Position numbers and translations under genes: made by a program. Source: a bacterium (GTDB taxonomy: Bacteria; Desulfobacterota; DSWW01). Taken from it: a stretch of 64,000 nt of DNA. Within the stretch, counting starts at the first letter, position 1. Each line of letters starts with the position of its first letter. The DNA lies in contig JBFLZG010000051.1 of assembly GCA_040756235.1 (NCBI GenBank), positions 1 through 64,000 of the forward strand, read 5' to 3'. Positions 46,819-56,270 of the stretch are shown piece after piece. The notes beneath the pieces were generated by a model. It saw only the letters and a program-made list of their open reading frames with translations, was not told the origin of the DNA and made no database searches.

Positions 46819-48546
46819 ATGGTAGGCAAAAATAAGACAAAAGAGCAGCTGATCACAGAACTCACCGAACTCCGACGAGAGTACCATGAATTGCAGTCAG
46901 AACTAGAGCAGACTAAACGGCCTTCGAATGCTGTGCCGGTGAAGGAGGATCTGCTGAGCATCCTAAATGAGAGTATACCTATTGTGACAGTTGTCCGCTC
47001 GCGCCCGGACGGAATCGTGGATTACATGAGTCCTTCCATCAAGGCATTGGCGGGATACGAGCCATCCTGGTTCATAGGGAACACGATACCAGAAAAATAT
47101 CCCTGGATCTTTCATCCCGATGATTATCAAATACCGACAGAACGGCTAAGGAGGGAAATCGGTGGTGGCGAAAGAATACCGACACTGCTGAAATATCGTA
47201 TTCGAACCAAAGCGGGCGACATGAAATGGATTTGTCATTACGCCTTGCCCATCTACCGAGGGGACAGGCTGGCGGAGATCCTGGGCATCCTCAGTGAGGC
47301 GCCTGATGTGGGCGGCCAAATCCGGATTCAGTCTCCTGCGGATTATTCATTTACCTTTGATGACCTTGTCGGTAAAGATCCTGGGTTCAGGAAATGCCTC
47401 GAGGACCTGAGGATCGCTGCAAACTCTGACCGTTCGATCTTGATCACCGGTGAGAGCGGAACAGGAAAGGAAATGTGTGCCCAGGCTGCTCACAACCATT
47501 CCAAAAGAGGCGATTCACCATTTATCCCCATCAATTGCGCAGCTATTCCCAAGGAGTTATTTGAATCCGAGTTGTTCGGTTATGTTGAGGGCGCCTTTTC
47601 AGGGGCAAGAAAAGGGGGGAATCCGGGGAAATTCGAACTCGCTGATGGAGGGACGCTGTTTCTCGATCAGATTGAGTCCATGCCACTGGAGATGCAACCG
47701 AAATTGTTGAGAGTACTAGAAGAGAAGCGGGTATGGAGGCTCGGGGGGAAAAAACCGAAACCCCTGGATGTGCGCCTGATTGCAGCTTCAAACATTGACC
47801 TTGAGCAGAGTATTCGTGAAGGGAGTTTCCGGGCAGACCTGTTTTACCGAATCAATGTTGTCAGCGTGAAGATCCCACCTTTGCGAGAACGAGGTGGCGA
47901 TATCGCCTTGCTCGCAAAACACTTGATCAAGAAATACATCCATTCACTCGAGGATATAGACACTTACTTGCCTCCACGGCTCCTTGAAGAAGTTCAATCT
48001 TATGAGTGGCCTGGAAATGTAAGAGAACTGTCAAATTGGGTTGAGAGGCTTCTCACCTTCGAGCGTCGCGCGATCCATGCGGCGAGCCAGGCAGGCATGT
48101 CGTCCAAAGAGAGAGACACAGGCAAGTTTGATGAAATTCCTCCCCTGGCCAGCGTCGGTGTTATGAAGCTTAGTGAGGCGCAGGCTCTTTGCATTCGTGA
48201 GGCCATCTCCAGGAACAAAGGTAATCTGTCAAGAGCGGCAGCAGATCTCGAAATCAGTCGTGCAACGCTTTATCGCAAGATGTGTAAACTCAAGATACCT
48301 AAGAGCAAGGGAACGGCCGAAGAGGCAATACTGACAAGTCGTCGAGGAATCCCCGGTCTCCATGCCCTCCGGACCCAGAAATTGAAGGAGGCCGAATGCG
48401 TCTGTATAAGGAGTGCGCTTTCCAAGAATAGTGGCAATCTGAGGCGAGCGGCGGCGGATCTTGGAATCGCCCGCGAAACGCTCTACCGCAAGATATCGGA
48501 TTTTGATATTGCTGTGGTAAAAGCGACACCCAAGTCCTCCGATTGA
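46819..48546 (+). CDS. PAS-domain sigma-54-dependent transcriptional activator with two tandem Fis-type HTH domains
   Basis: PAS (FHPDDY, YRIRTKAG..KW); GESGTGKE, ESELFGY..GAFSGA, LFLDQI, FRADLFYR, WPGNVREL; two HTH repeats. Confidence 0.93.
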   Translation: MVGKNKTKEQLITELTELRREYHELQSELEQTKRPSNAVPVKEDLLSILNESIPIVTVVRSRPDGIVDYMSPSIKALAGYEPSWFIGNTIPEKYPWIFHPDDYQIPTERLRREIGGGERIPTLLKYRIRTKAGDMKWICHYALPIYRGDRLAEILGILSEAPDVGGQIRIQSPADYSFTFDDLVGKDPGFRKCLEDLRIAANSDRSILITGESGTGKEMCAQAAHNHSKRGDSPFIPINCAAIPKELFESELFGYVEGAFSGARKGGNPGKFELADGGTLFLDQIESMPLEMQPKLLRVLEEKRVWRLGGKKPKPLDVRLIAASNIDLEQSIREGSFRADLFYRINVVSVKIPPLRERGGDIALLAKHLIKKYIHSLEDIDTYLPPRLLEEVQSYEWPGNVRELSNWVERLLTFERRAIHAASQAGMSSKERDTGKFDEIPPLASVGVMKLSEAQALCIREAISRNKGNLSRAAADLEISRATLYRKMCKLKIPKSKGTAEEAILTSRRGIPGLHALRTQKLKEAECVCIRSALSKNSGNLRRAAADLGIARETLYRKISDFDIAVVKATPKSSD

Positions 48547-48636
48547 GATCGTCTATGAATTCCTCTGCCTAGGATCCCCTTCCCTTGTCTGTCGGTTCCT
48601 GCATCTATTTCCGCAAGTGAAGGATAGCGAACACAT

Positions 48637-48778
48637 TGTTTCGTTCCTGGACAATTGTGTACCTAACTGAGGCATCGTGACCTCTATTTAAGCGTACGAA
48701 TGGTCCATCACTGAGACACTTCCTTCAGGCATGCCTCAGGTTGAATCACTCAAAAGAAGAATGTCTTATTGTTAGACA
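48637..48778. promoter_or_regulatory. Array of five 17-bp candidate enhancer (UAS) boxes
   Basis: TGTTTCGTTCCTGGACA (48637), TGTACCTAACTGAGGCA (48658), GGTCCATCACTGAGACA (48702), TGCCTCAGGTTGAATCA (48732), TGTCTTATTGTTAGACA (48762). Approximate consensus TGTCTCA-N3-TGAGACA. Confidence 0.55.
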
Positions 48779-48998
48779 CCGAAATGACTTCTTTCGGTAC
48801 ATTTACTGCGAGTCTCTTGCTCCCTTCCCACCCCTCCGTATCCAAGAGGACCGCTCTCACGATGTAGATGAGTTCCTTTTCCTTCGGGAGGCCTCCGCAA
48901 ATCTGCAACGCTCTCGGGCCCTTCGCGCTAGCCGAGTCAGGTAGCCTCTTGTATGTCCTCATTCCTTCAGCAGCATCATCATTCGCAAGAAAGATTGC

Positions 48999-49013
48999 TG
49001 GCACGAACACTGC
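48999..49013 (+). promoter_or_regulatory. Sigma-54 (-24/-12) promoter
   Basis: TGGCAC-GAACA-CTGC (GG-N10-GC), about 58 bp upstream of the 49071 gene and downstream of a sigma-54 activator gene. Confidence 0.75.
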
Positions 49014-49070
49014 TGGGGATGTCGAACGATTCGTATTTCGCTGTGCCCGCCGTCATTCAGCCTGGGGGGG

Positions 49071-50630
49071 GTGATGGGAACAGGAAACTGGAAACTTGCC
49101 GTCGTGTTTTGGATGGTCGTGCTGGTCGCCGTGACTGGGAAGGCCTGGGCGGTGTACCTGGACGGGGACCGAACCCTCGAGTTCACGGGCAAGGCCCAGA
49201 CCCGGGCCTCGATCCGCCTGCAGGACTCGGAGGGGTTCACGGCTCCTCCGGGCATCTCGGTGGGCAACCTGGTCCAATGGCGGAGCATCGCCTACCTGGA
49301 GATCAACCACAACCTGGAGAAGCTCCAGGGCGAGCTGGGCATTCTGAAGCCCCTGAAGTGGCTCGAGCTGCGGACCAAGTACCACCTGGTGGGACGGTTC
49401 CTCTATGAAGCGGTCTACAACGTGGGGCCCGACGGGTTTCAGGATGCACGGGAAGACGACGAGGAGAACATCGACAGCTTCAAGCAGAGCTATGATCTGT
49501 GGGAGTTCTACGCGGATCTGTCCCGGGGCCCGTGGTTCTTCAGGCTGGGCAAGCAGAACCTGGCGTGGGGGGAGACGGACGTCTTCCGGTTGCTCGACCA
49601 GATCAACCCACTGGACAACACATACGGGGGCATCTTCGAGGACCTGGACGACCGGCGGATTCCGCTCTGGATGCTCCGGGGGAGCTACAATCTCGGGACC
49701 TTGGGACCGATCGACTCACTCACTCTGGAGGGTTTCTGGGTGCCCGGCGACTGGGACGTCCATGTCTCGCCCCTGGCGCCCTACGGCACGGCATACTCGG
49801 CGCCCTTGCCCGAGCTTCCGCCCCCGCTCCAGCAGCGGATCATCTACCCGGACAAGGACCTGTCGAACAGCCGCTGGGGCGTGCGGCTGACGGGCATGCT
49901 CTGGGGGGTGAACCTTTCGGCGGCCCACTACAAGACCTTCACAGACCTGCCCACGCCGCTCTTCGTGATCGAGCCCGATCCTCCACCCCTTGGCAGCCCG
50001 TATCAGGAGTTGCGGTTCGACGACGTCCAGATCACAGGGGGCTCGCTGAATTTCTGGGAGTCCGTGACGGACACGGTATTCCGGGCCGAGGCGGCGTGGT
50101 TCTGGAGCGAGGCGGTCCTGATCCCGGACATCAACATCCCGATCCAGCCGTTGCCCATTCAGATTCCCGGCATACCGGGGATTCCTCACAACGGCCGGAT
50201 CCCGGAAAAGGATTTCCTGAGGTACATGATCGGCCTGGACAAGAACGTGTGGATCAGGCCCCTGAACCAGACCCAGACCTTTCTGGTCTCGATGCAGTAT
50301 TTTGGCCAGTGGGTGTCCGACTATGACCCGCGGATGCGGCAGGCCGTGCCGCTCTATCCGAAGGAGACGGAATTCCCGGCCGTGAGAGAGGTGGAGGGAA
50401 CGATCACGATGCTGGCGAACACGCTCTACCTGAGCGGGCAGGTCATGCCGCAAATGGTGATGGGCTATGACGTGCGAGGGGCTTGGTTGCTCCAGCCCTC
50501 GGTGAACCTGATTCGAGAGCCCTTCAGGTTGATGATCCAGTACAGCGCGATCGTAGGCAACTTCACGGGTTTCGGCGTTTTCCGAGACCGGGACCAGATC
50601 AGCTTCAGTTTCAGCTACCTGCTGAACTGA
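49071..50630 (+). CDS. DUF1302-family outer-membrane protein
   Basis: Signal peptide; LWEFYAD, RLGKQNLAWGETD..RLLDQINPLD, RIPLW, RDRDQISFSFSY. Adjacent to DUF1329. Confidence 0.8.
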   Translation: MMGTGNWKLAVVFWMVVLVAVTGKAWAVYLDGDRTLEFTGKAQTRASIRLQDSEGFTAPPGISVGNLVQWRSIAYLEINHNLEKLQGELGILKPLKWLELRTKYHLVGRFLYEAVYNVGPDGFQDAREDDEENIDSFKQSYDLWEFYADLSRGPWFFRLGKQNLAWGETDVFRLLDQINPLDNTYGGIFEDLDDRRIPLWMLRGSYNLGTLGPIDSLTLEGFWVPGDWDVHVSPLAPYGTAYSAPLPELPPPLQQRIIYPDKDLSNSRWGVRLTGMLWGVNLSAAHYKTFTDLPTPLFVIEPDPPPLGSPYQELRFDDVQITGGSLNFWESVTDTVFRAEAAWFWSEAVLIPDINIPIQPLPIQIPGIPGIPHNGRIPEKDFLRYMIGLDKNVWIRPLNQTQTFLVSMQYFGQWVSDYDPRMRQAVPLYPKETEFPAVREVEGTITMLANTLYLSGQVMPQMVMGYDVRGAWLLQPSVNLIREPFRLMIQYSAIVGNFTGFGVFRDRDQISFSFSYLLN

Positions 50631-50700
50631 GTTAGGAGAGCAATGGAGAACATTCCCATGAGCAACCTCTTTCAACAGACTCTTTCGAAGGAGAACGAAA

Positions 50701-51999
50701 ATGAAATCCCTCAAGTGGCTCCGAGTATTGCTGATAGTTCTCGGGCTCTTACCGTTTCTCACCTCCGAGGTTCCTGGCCAGGAAGCCTGCAGGGAGGTCA
50801 TCGACAAGACGAACTGGAAAGAGATAGACGGGCGGGTGCCCGACCCGCTCATGGAATGGGTGAAGAACGGGGATTTCGTTCTGCACGTGGACGAGCTGAC
50901 GTACGCCCCGGCCGAATATTGGCCATCCTTTGTACTGGAATCCCGTGCGGCCAATATCGGGAAGTATGCGTTGGATGAGAACGATGTGATCGTCGACGCA
51001 AAAACAGGCGAGCTGGCGAGATCCGTCATGGGTATCCCTTTTCCCAATGTCGATCCGGCAGACCCAAAGGCGGCCGCAAAGGTCATCTACAACAAACATT
51101 ATGTGTCCTTCAGTTCGGGCCACAAACGCTTCACGACCAATATTGCCTGGATAGGCCGTTCCGGTTTTGAGCGAGAAGTGGAGGGATTCTTTATCGAGGC
51201 ATACATGACAGGGTTCCCCGGAGCGGAAAGGATTCCGAACCCAAGGGACATAGAGCGGTACAACATCATCACCGTGAAGAAGCCCTATGATTTGGCCGGC
51301 ACCTCGGTGATGCTCTGGCGATACCTCTCGGCAAAGGACGACGTCAACTTCAGCTACGTGCCTGCCATCCGCCGGGTGCGCCGTACGACGCCGGCGAACC
51401 GATCCGACGGCTTCCTGGGCTCGGATTTTGCCCAGGACGACATGACGGGCTATGACGGGAAGACCCCGGCCTTTGAATGGAAGGTGATCGGGGAGCGAGA
51501 CGTGCTGGCCCCCTATGCGTACACCTACCCGATTCCCATGTCACGAACGCAGAAAGGGGAATGGTTGATGGGCCGGGGAGTGGAGGGGATACACTATGCC
51601 TATCAAGATGGGAACACGAGCGTCGCGCCCTGGTGTCCTATGAACACGGTCTTTGTGAAGCGATCAGCGTGGCTGGTCGAGGGCAAGGCGAGAGATCCGT
51701 ACTACAACTATGGCACCCAGTACCTCTGGATCGACAAGGAGCTGTGGTGGCCCGTTTACAAGGTGATCCACACTCGGTCGGGAGAGTTCTGGAAATTCCT
51801 TCTGATCACAACGATCGCCCTGGAAAACAAGGAAACGAAGGATCGACTTGTGCTGGCTGTGGACCAGCTGATCGTGGATGTGACTCGGGACCACGCCACG
51901 TACACGAAACAAGTGCACCCTTCGGCCAGCATGACGATGTTCGCAGTCGTGGACCTGAACGACTTCACCCTCGGAGGCTTCCAGAAGTACTGCAAATAG
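50701..51999 (+). CDS. DUF1329 family periplasmic protein
   Basis: GIPFPNVDP, YVPAIRRVRR, GSDF, DPYYNY. Same C-terminal pattern as 21468-22769. Confidence 0.85.
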   Translation: MKSLKWLRVLLIVLGLLPFLTSEVPGQEACREVIDKTNWKEIDGRVPDPLMEWVKNGDFVLHVDELTYAPAEYWPSFVLESRAANIGKYALDENDVIVDAKTGELARSVMGIPFPNVDPADPKAAAKVIYNKHYVSFSSGHKRFTTNIAWIGRSGFEREVEGFFIEAYMTGFPGAERIPNPRDIERYNIITVKKPYDLAGTSVMLWRYLSAKDDVNFSYVPAIRRVRRTTPANRSDGFLGSDFAQDDMTGYDGKTPAFEWKVIGERDVLAPYAYTYPIPMSRTQKGEWLMGRGVEGIHYAYQDGNTSVAPWCPMNTVFVKRSAWLVEGKARDPYYNYGTQYLWIDKELWWPVYKVIHTRSGEFWKFLLITTIALENKETKDRLVLAVDQLIVDVTRDHATYTKQVHPSASMTMFAVVDLNDFTLGGFQKYCK

Positions 52000-52020
52000 G
52001 TTTCGTCAGGAGGGGAGACC

Positions 52021-52986
52021 ATGAAGGCAGATCAAATAGAGACCGTCTCCGTCTTCGGCGGGGGTAACATAGGCAACGGCATTGTACACAGCTTTGCTCA
52101 AGCCGGAATATCCGTCCGTGTCATTGACGTGGACAAGCGAAGATTGGACGCATGTCTCTCTCAGGTAGACGCGAACCTGAGGCTGTTCCGGGAATTCGGT
52201 CTGCTGGATGAAGATCCCTCCTCGGTGACGGCAAGAATTGCACCTGTCCTGGCAAAGGACCTTCCCAAGGCGATGAAGGATTGCCATTTTGTCGTCGAAG
52301 CGATCCCGGAAAACCTGGAGCTCAAGAAGCAGTTGTTTGCTCAATTGGACTCCTGCCCTGAGGACGTCATTCTCGCCAGCAACACCAGCAGTTTTCCCAT
52401 TACCGACATTGCGGAGGGATGCCGCACCGCTGGTAGGGTCATCGGTCTTCACTATTTCAATCCTGCCCACATCATGCCCCTGGTGGAAATACATTATGGC
52501 CCTCAGACGACGCTCGAAACAATCGATTCGACCAAGGCCTTCATGCTGAGAGTCGGCAAGAGACCTATCCTGGTCAGAAAGTCCATACCCGGCTTCGTGG
52601 TGAATCGTATCCAGGCGGCAATTGGCCGGGAAATCGACTATCTGGTCAGCACCGGGGTCGTATCGCCCGAGGACGTAGACATTGCGACCAAGGCATCCTA
52701 CGGGTTTCGGTATGCCAATATCGGCCCCTACGAGTTCATTGATACGGCCGGCCTGGATTTGCTCTTCCTGGTCTCGAGCAGGCTTTACGGGGAACTGAGC
52801 AACGCAACCCAACCCTCCGCCATGTGGGCCGAAAAGGTCAAGCGGAATGAGCTCGGAATGAAGACGCGTCACGGCTGGTACGACTGGAGCGGGAAGTCGG
52901 CTCTGGAATTCATGGATGGGCAGAACAGGAGACTGCTCAAGCAGTTGGCTTTGTTTGAATCGTTTGAGCAGGGAACGAATACGTAG
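52021..52986 (+). CDS. 3-hydroxyacyl-CoA dehydrogenase family protein
   Basis: GGGNIG, VEAIPENLELK, LASNTSS, GLHYFNP, PGFVVNRI. Confidence 0.93.
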   Translation: MKADQIETVSVFGGGNIGNGIVHSFAQAGISVRVIDVDKRRLDACLSQVDANLRLFREFGLLDEDPSSVTARIAPVLAKDLPKAMKDCHFVVEAIPENLELKKQLFAQLDSCPEDVILASNTSSFPITDIAEGCRTAGRVIGLHYFNPAHIMPLVEIHYGPQTTLETIDSTKAFMLRVGKRPILVRKSIPGFVVNRIQAAIGREIDYLVSTGVVSPEDVDIATKASYGFRYANIGPYEFIDTAGLDLLFLVSSRLYGELSNATQPSAMWAEKVKRNELGMKTRHGWYDWSGKSALEFMDGQNRRLLKQLALFESFEQGTNT

Positions 52987-53003
52987 CGCGCGGGGGACTT
53001 CTC

Positions 53004-54299
53004 ATGAAACAATCAGTCGTTTCCATAGCCAAGGGAACAGATGCGGGGAAGATGGTGGAGGAAGCCCTCTCCCTTCTCGGCGGGGTGGATTCGTTGATAA
53101 AGCCGAAATCGGTCGTAGTCTTGAAACCCAATGCAGGTCATCCTTGTGCGCCGGAAACGAGCGTCTGCACGAGCCCGGAATTCGTTGCAGCAGTGATCCA
53201 GGCAATACGCAAGGCACAGCCCAGGGAGATCATCCTGGCAGAAGCGGCTGCAATCGGATGCGACACCATGGACTGCTTTGAGGTGAGTGGTATCGGCAAG
53301 GCTGCAAGGGACGCCGGCATAGACGGGATTATCGACATCAAGGGTGAGAAGGATCTCATTCGCTTTCCCATTCGAGATGCCAGATCCGATCTCACCAGGT
53401 TACGTCTGCCCAGGTTTCTCGTGGAGGCTGATCACATTGTGAATCTTCCTATCTTTAAATCCCATAGCTGTATGCAATTCACCTGCGCCCTGAAGAACAT
53501 CAAGGGGGTGGTCGAGGACGCGGTTCATTACCAGATGCACCAAACCGATCTCGCCGCCGCCATGATGGACGTATGGTCCGTCGTAAAGTCCGACCTTACG
53601 ATAGCGGATCTCATTCGACCCGCAGAGGGCTTCGGGCCCCACTCAACTCTTCCCGTGGACTTCGGTTGTGTTGTCGCAGGGAAGGATCCGGTAGCGGTGG
53701 ATGCCACGGCTTGCCGGATGGTCGGCCTGGACATCGACAAGGTAGCCTATTTTCATGCTGCCCGTGAGCGTGGCCTCGGAAGCTTTGAGGAGAACCTCAT
53801 CGAAATCCGCGGCAGAACGATAGAGGAAGTATTCAAGCAACTCTGGTTGCCCTACTTCGGAGGTTTTGAGCAATGGCCCGAATACCATATTCATGCCGAA
53901 GGTGCCTGCAGCAGTTGTCAGGGTCTACTGGCACATACCCTTGAATGGCTGAAGGCTTTGGGCGAGTACGATAAGAACTCCGGCATTTCCATTGTTCTGG
54001 GGAAGACCAGGGAACTGCCCAAAGGAGTGGATCCCCGGAATCTGATCGTCATGGGCGACTGTGTGAAGAAGTTCCGCCACGAAGGCGTATATGCGCCCGG
54101 GTGTCCGCCCGTCGAGGCAGGCCCCCTTTGGGCGATCCTTGATCGAAGGACCCGGGTGGAGCTGCAAGACTACGATTTCGACGCCAGAGCCAGACATACG
54201 GAACAGTCAGAGATCTTCCATGGCTACATGGTCAAAATGAAACAGAGATTCGATGAGGCCCAGAAGAAGGATGGAAAGAGCAAGAAAGGGAAATCGTAG
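53004..54299 (+). CDS. DUF362 domain Fe-S protein
   Basis: VVLKPN, NLPIFKSH, TCALKNIKG, EGFGP, DPVAVDA; C-terminal GACSSC, GDC, GCPP. Confidence 0.85.
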   Translation: MKQSVVSIAKGTDAGKMVEEALSLLGGVDSLIKPKSVVVLKPNAGHPCAPETSVCTSPEFVAAVIQAIRKAQPREIILAEAAAIGCDTMDCFEVSGIGKAARDAGIDGIIDIKGEKDLIRFPIRDARSDLTRLRLPRFLVEADHIVNLPIFKSHSCMQFTCALKNIKGVVEDAVHYQMHQTDLAAAMMDVWSVVKSDLTIADLIRPAEGFGPHSTLPVDFGCVVAGKDPVAVDATACRMVGLDIDKVAYFHAARERGLGSFEENLIEIRGRTIEEVFKQLWLPYFGGFEQWPEYHIHAEGACSSCQGLLAHTLEWLKALGEYDKNSGISIVLGKTRELPKGVDPRNLIVMGDCVKKFRHEGVYAPGCPPVEAGPLWAILDRRTRVELQDYDFDARARHTEQSEIFHGYMVKMKQRFDEAQKKDGKSKKGKS

Positions 54300-54358
54300 C
54301 CACAGTATCTACAACCAAACGTGCAGGCCCATAAGACGGAAGTGTGGGGGGATCCTAA

Positions 54359-55315
54359 ATGGCAAGACCCAAGAACAAGCTAATCATCACCGCGGCAGTG
54401 ACCGGAACGGTTCACATTCCCACAATGAGCGAGTTTCTGCCCATCACACCGGACCAGATTGCGGAAGACGCGGTAAAAGCCCATGAGGCGGGAGCCGCCA
54501 TTGCGCACATCCACGCACGCGACCCGTCGAATGGTATGCCCAATGCCAGCGTAGAGATCTTCCATGAGGTGGCAAGCAAGATCAAGGGAAGATGTGACAT
54601 GATCGTGCTTCCCACGACGGGGGGCGGGGCAAACCAGACTGCTGAGGAGAAGCTCAGAGTCGTTCAGAAACTCCAGCCCGAAATGTGCTCCTTTGACCCG
54701 GCACCCTTCAACCTGGGTCTCTTCCATCTCGCCGAACGCTACGAAGGCAAGTTCAAGTATGACTGGGAACCGCACTTCCTGGAGCTTACCAAGCACGGCG
54801 GTATCTACATGACCTTTCAGGACGACCTGACATATGCCAGGACCTTCCTGGACCTCGGCATCAAGCCGGAATTCGAGCTGTATGAGCTCGGGCACGTCGG
54901 TTATGTGGAATGGCTTCTCCGAGAAGGCCTGGTGAAGACCCCGGTACACCTTCAGTATGTCTTCGGACCCATCATCGGCTGGATGACGCCGTCAGTCAAA
55001 CACCTTCTCCTCCTGCATGAAGAGGCTGTCGAGCGACTCAGCGCTGTTGGTTGCGGAGACTTCACCTGGTCGGTCGCAGCAGGAGGCAGATGGCAAATCC
55101 CCTTGGCCGCAGCCGCCATGGCGATGGAGGCTCCCAACGTGAGAGTCGGCTTGGAAGACTCTCTCTACGCCGGGAGGGGAGTACTGGCCAAATCAAGCGC
55201 CGACCAGGTGAGAATGGTGGTCAACATTGCCAGGGAAATGAGCCTGCAACCTGCCACCCCGGAAGAGGCGAGAGAAATCCTCGGGTTGAAGGGGATAGAC
55301 AAGGTGAACTTCTAG
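54359..55315 (+). CDS. Beta-keto acid cleavage enzyme (BKACE, DUF849/Kce family)
   Basis: IITAAVTG, LPITP, AHIHARDP, TTGG, KPEFE, RVGLED, ATPEEAR. Confidence 0.93.
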   Translation: MARPKNKLIITAAVTGTVHIPTMSEFLPITPDQIAEDAVKAHEAGAAIAHIHARDPSNGMPNASVEIFHEVASKIKGRCDMIVLPTTGGGANQTAEEKLRVVQKLQPEMCSFDPAPFNLGLFHLAERYEGKFKYDWEPHFLELTKHGGIYMTFQDDLTYARTFLDLGIKPEFELYELGHVGYVEWLLREGLVKTPVHLQYVFGPIIGWMTPSVKHLLLLHEEAVERLSAVGCGDFTWSVAAGGRWQIPLAAAAMAMEAPNVRVGLEDSLYAGRGVLAKSSADQVRMVVNIAREMSLQPATPEEAREILGLKGIDKVNF

Positions 55316-55350
55316 CCTGGACCCAACAGAGAGGAAAGGAGAACAGCGAC

Positions 55351-56196
55351 ATGTCACTGACAAGCTTCATACCGGATCCCAAGTTTGATGAGTACAAGGA
55401 GAAATTCAACGAACATTTCTTCATGAAGCGCAAGGATGGCATTATCGAAGTTCGAATGCACACCCAAGGACAGGAGGCCAAGTGGAGCCTGGAACTACAC
55501 CGAGCTTTGCCCCAGATGTTCGAAGTGGTTGGAGCCGATCGTGAGAATGAGGTCATGATCCTGACAGGCACCGGTAACACCTGGATCGCTTCCCTCGATC
55601 AGGAAAGCTTCGACGCTATCGAACATGAAGGTGAGTCGGGGTTCAAACAGTTCAGCTACGATATGTACTACCATGATGCCACGAAGCTGGTAGAGAAGCC
55701 GCTCTGGGATCTGGATATTCCGACCATTTCCGTAATCAACGGCCCCGGGTTCCATACCGAGTTTGCATTGACCTGCGATCTGACCATCTGTTCCGAGGAT
55801 GCCCAATTCATCGACCCTCACCTCTATGCGGGCCTGGCGCCGGGTGACGGCCAGTTCCTTGTGTTCCAGCAATTGCTTGGGCTCAAGCGTGCCAACTACG
55901 CTATGTACATGATCCAGAACCTCGATGCCAAGAGAGCCCTGGAGTGGGGGCTGGTCAATGAAGTCCTTCCGAGGGAGAAGCTGCTGGACCGCGCATGGGA
56001 GCTCGCCGAAACGGTTGTCAACCGGAACCCCCGTATCGTCCGCCGTATGACGACCCAGATCGCAAAGCGTCCCTGGAGACGTCTCTTTACGGATGACTTT
56101 TCGATGCATATTGCCCACGAAATGTACGCGATTCACATATCCATGCAGCAACACGGTGGAAAGTCGGCTGACTCGCTGTGGAAGAAGAAGAAATAG
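55351..56196 (+). CDS. Crotonase-fold beta-diketone hydrolase (6-oxocamphor hydrolase-like)
   Basis: HT.G...WS..LH, DRENEVMILTGTG, NGPGFHTE, DPH..GLAPGDG, RAWELA, AHE: the His/Asp/Glu pattern of CamK-type enzymes. RBS AAGGAG. Confidence 0.78.
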   Translation: MSLTSFIPDPKFDEYKEKFNEHFFMKRKDGIIEVRMHTQGQEAKWSLELHRALPQMFEVVGADRENEVMILTGTGNTWIASLDQESFDAIEHEGESGFKQFSYDMYYHDATKLVEKPLWDLDIPTISVINGPGFHTEFALTCDLTICSEDAQFIDPHLYAGLAPGDGQFLVFQQLLGLKRANYAMYMIQNLDAKRALEWGLVNEVLPREKLLDRAWELAETVVNRNPRIVRRMTTQIAKRPWRRLFTDDFSMHIAHEMYAIHISMQQHGGKSADSLWKKKK

Positions 56197-56270
56197 CAGC
56201 CGGCTCCCATCGGTCCGACCTTGTTCTCTCAGGCTCAATCTCCTCTTTTAGCATGATGCGGTGGACGACC

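Noticed and set aside
53004..54299. DUF362 and HdrD-like proteins as further selenoproteins
   Set aside because: All candidate positions are Cys codons and there is no in-frame UGA. Other TGA-ending genes appear full length.
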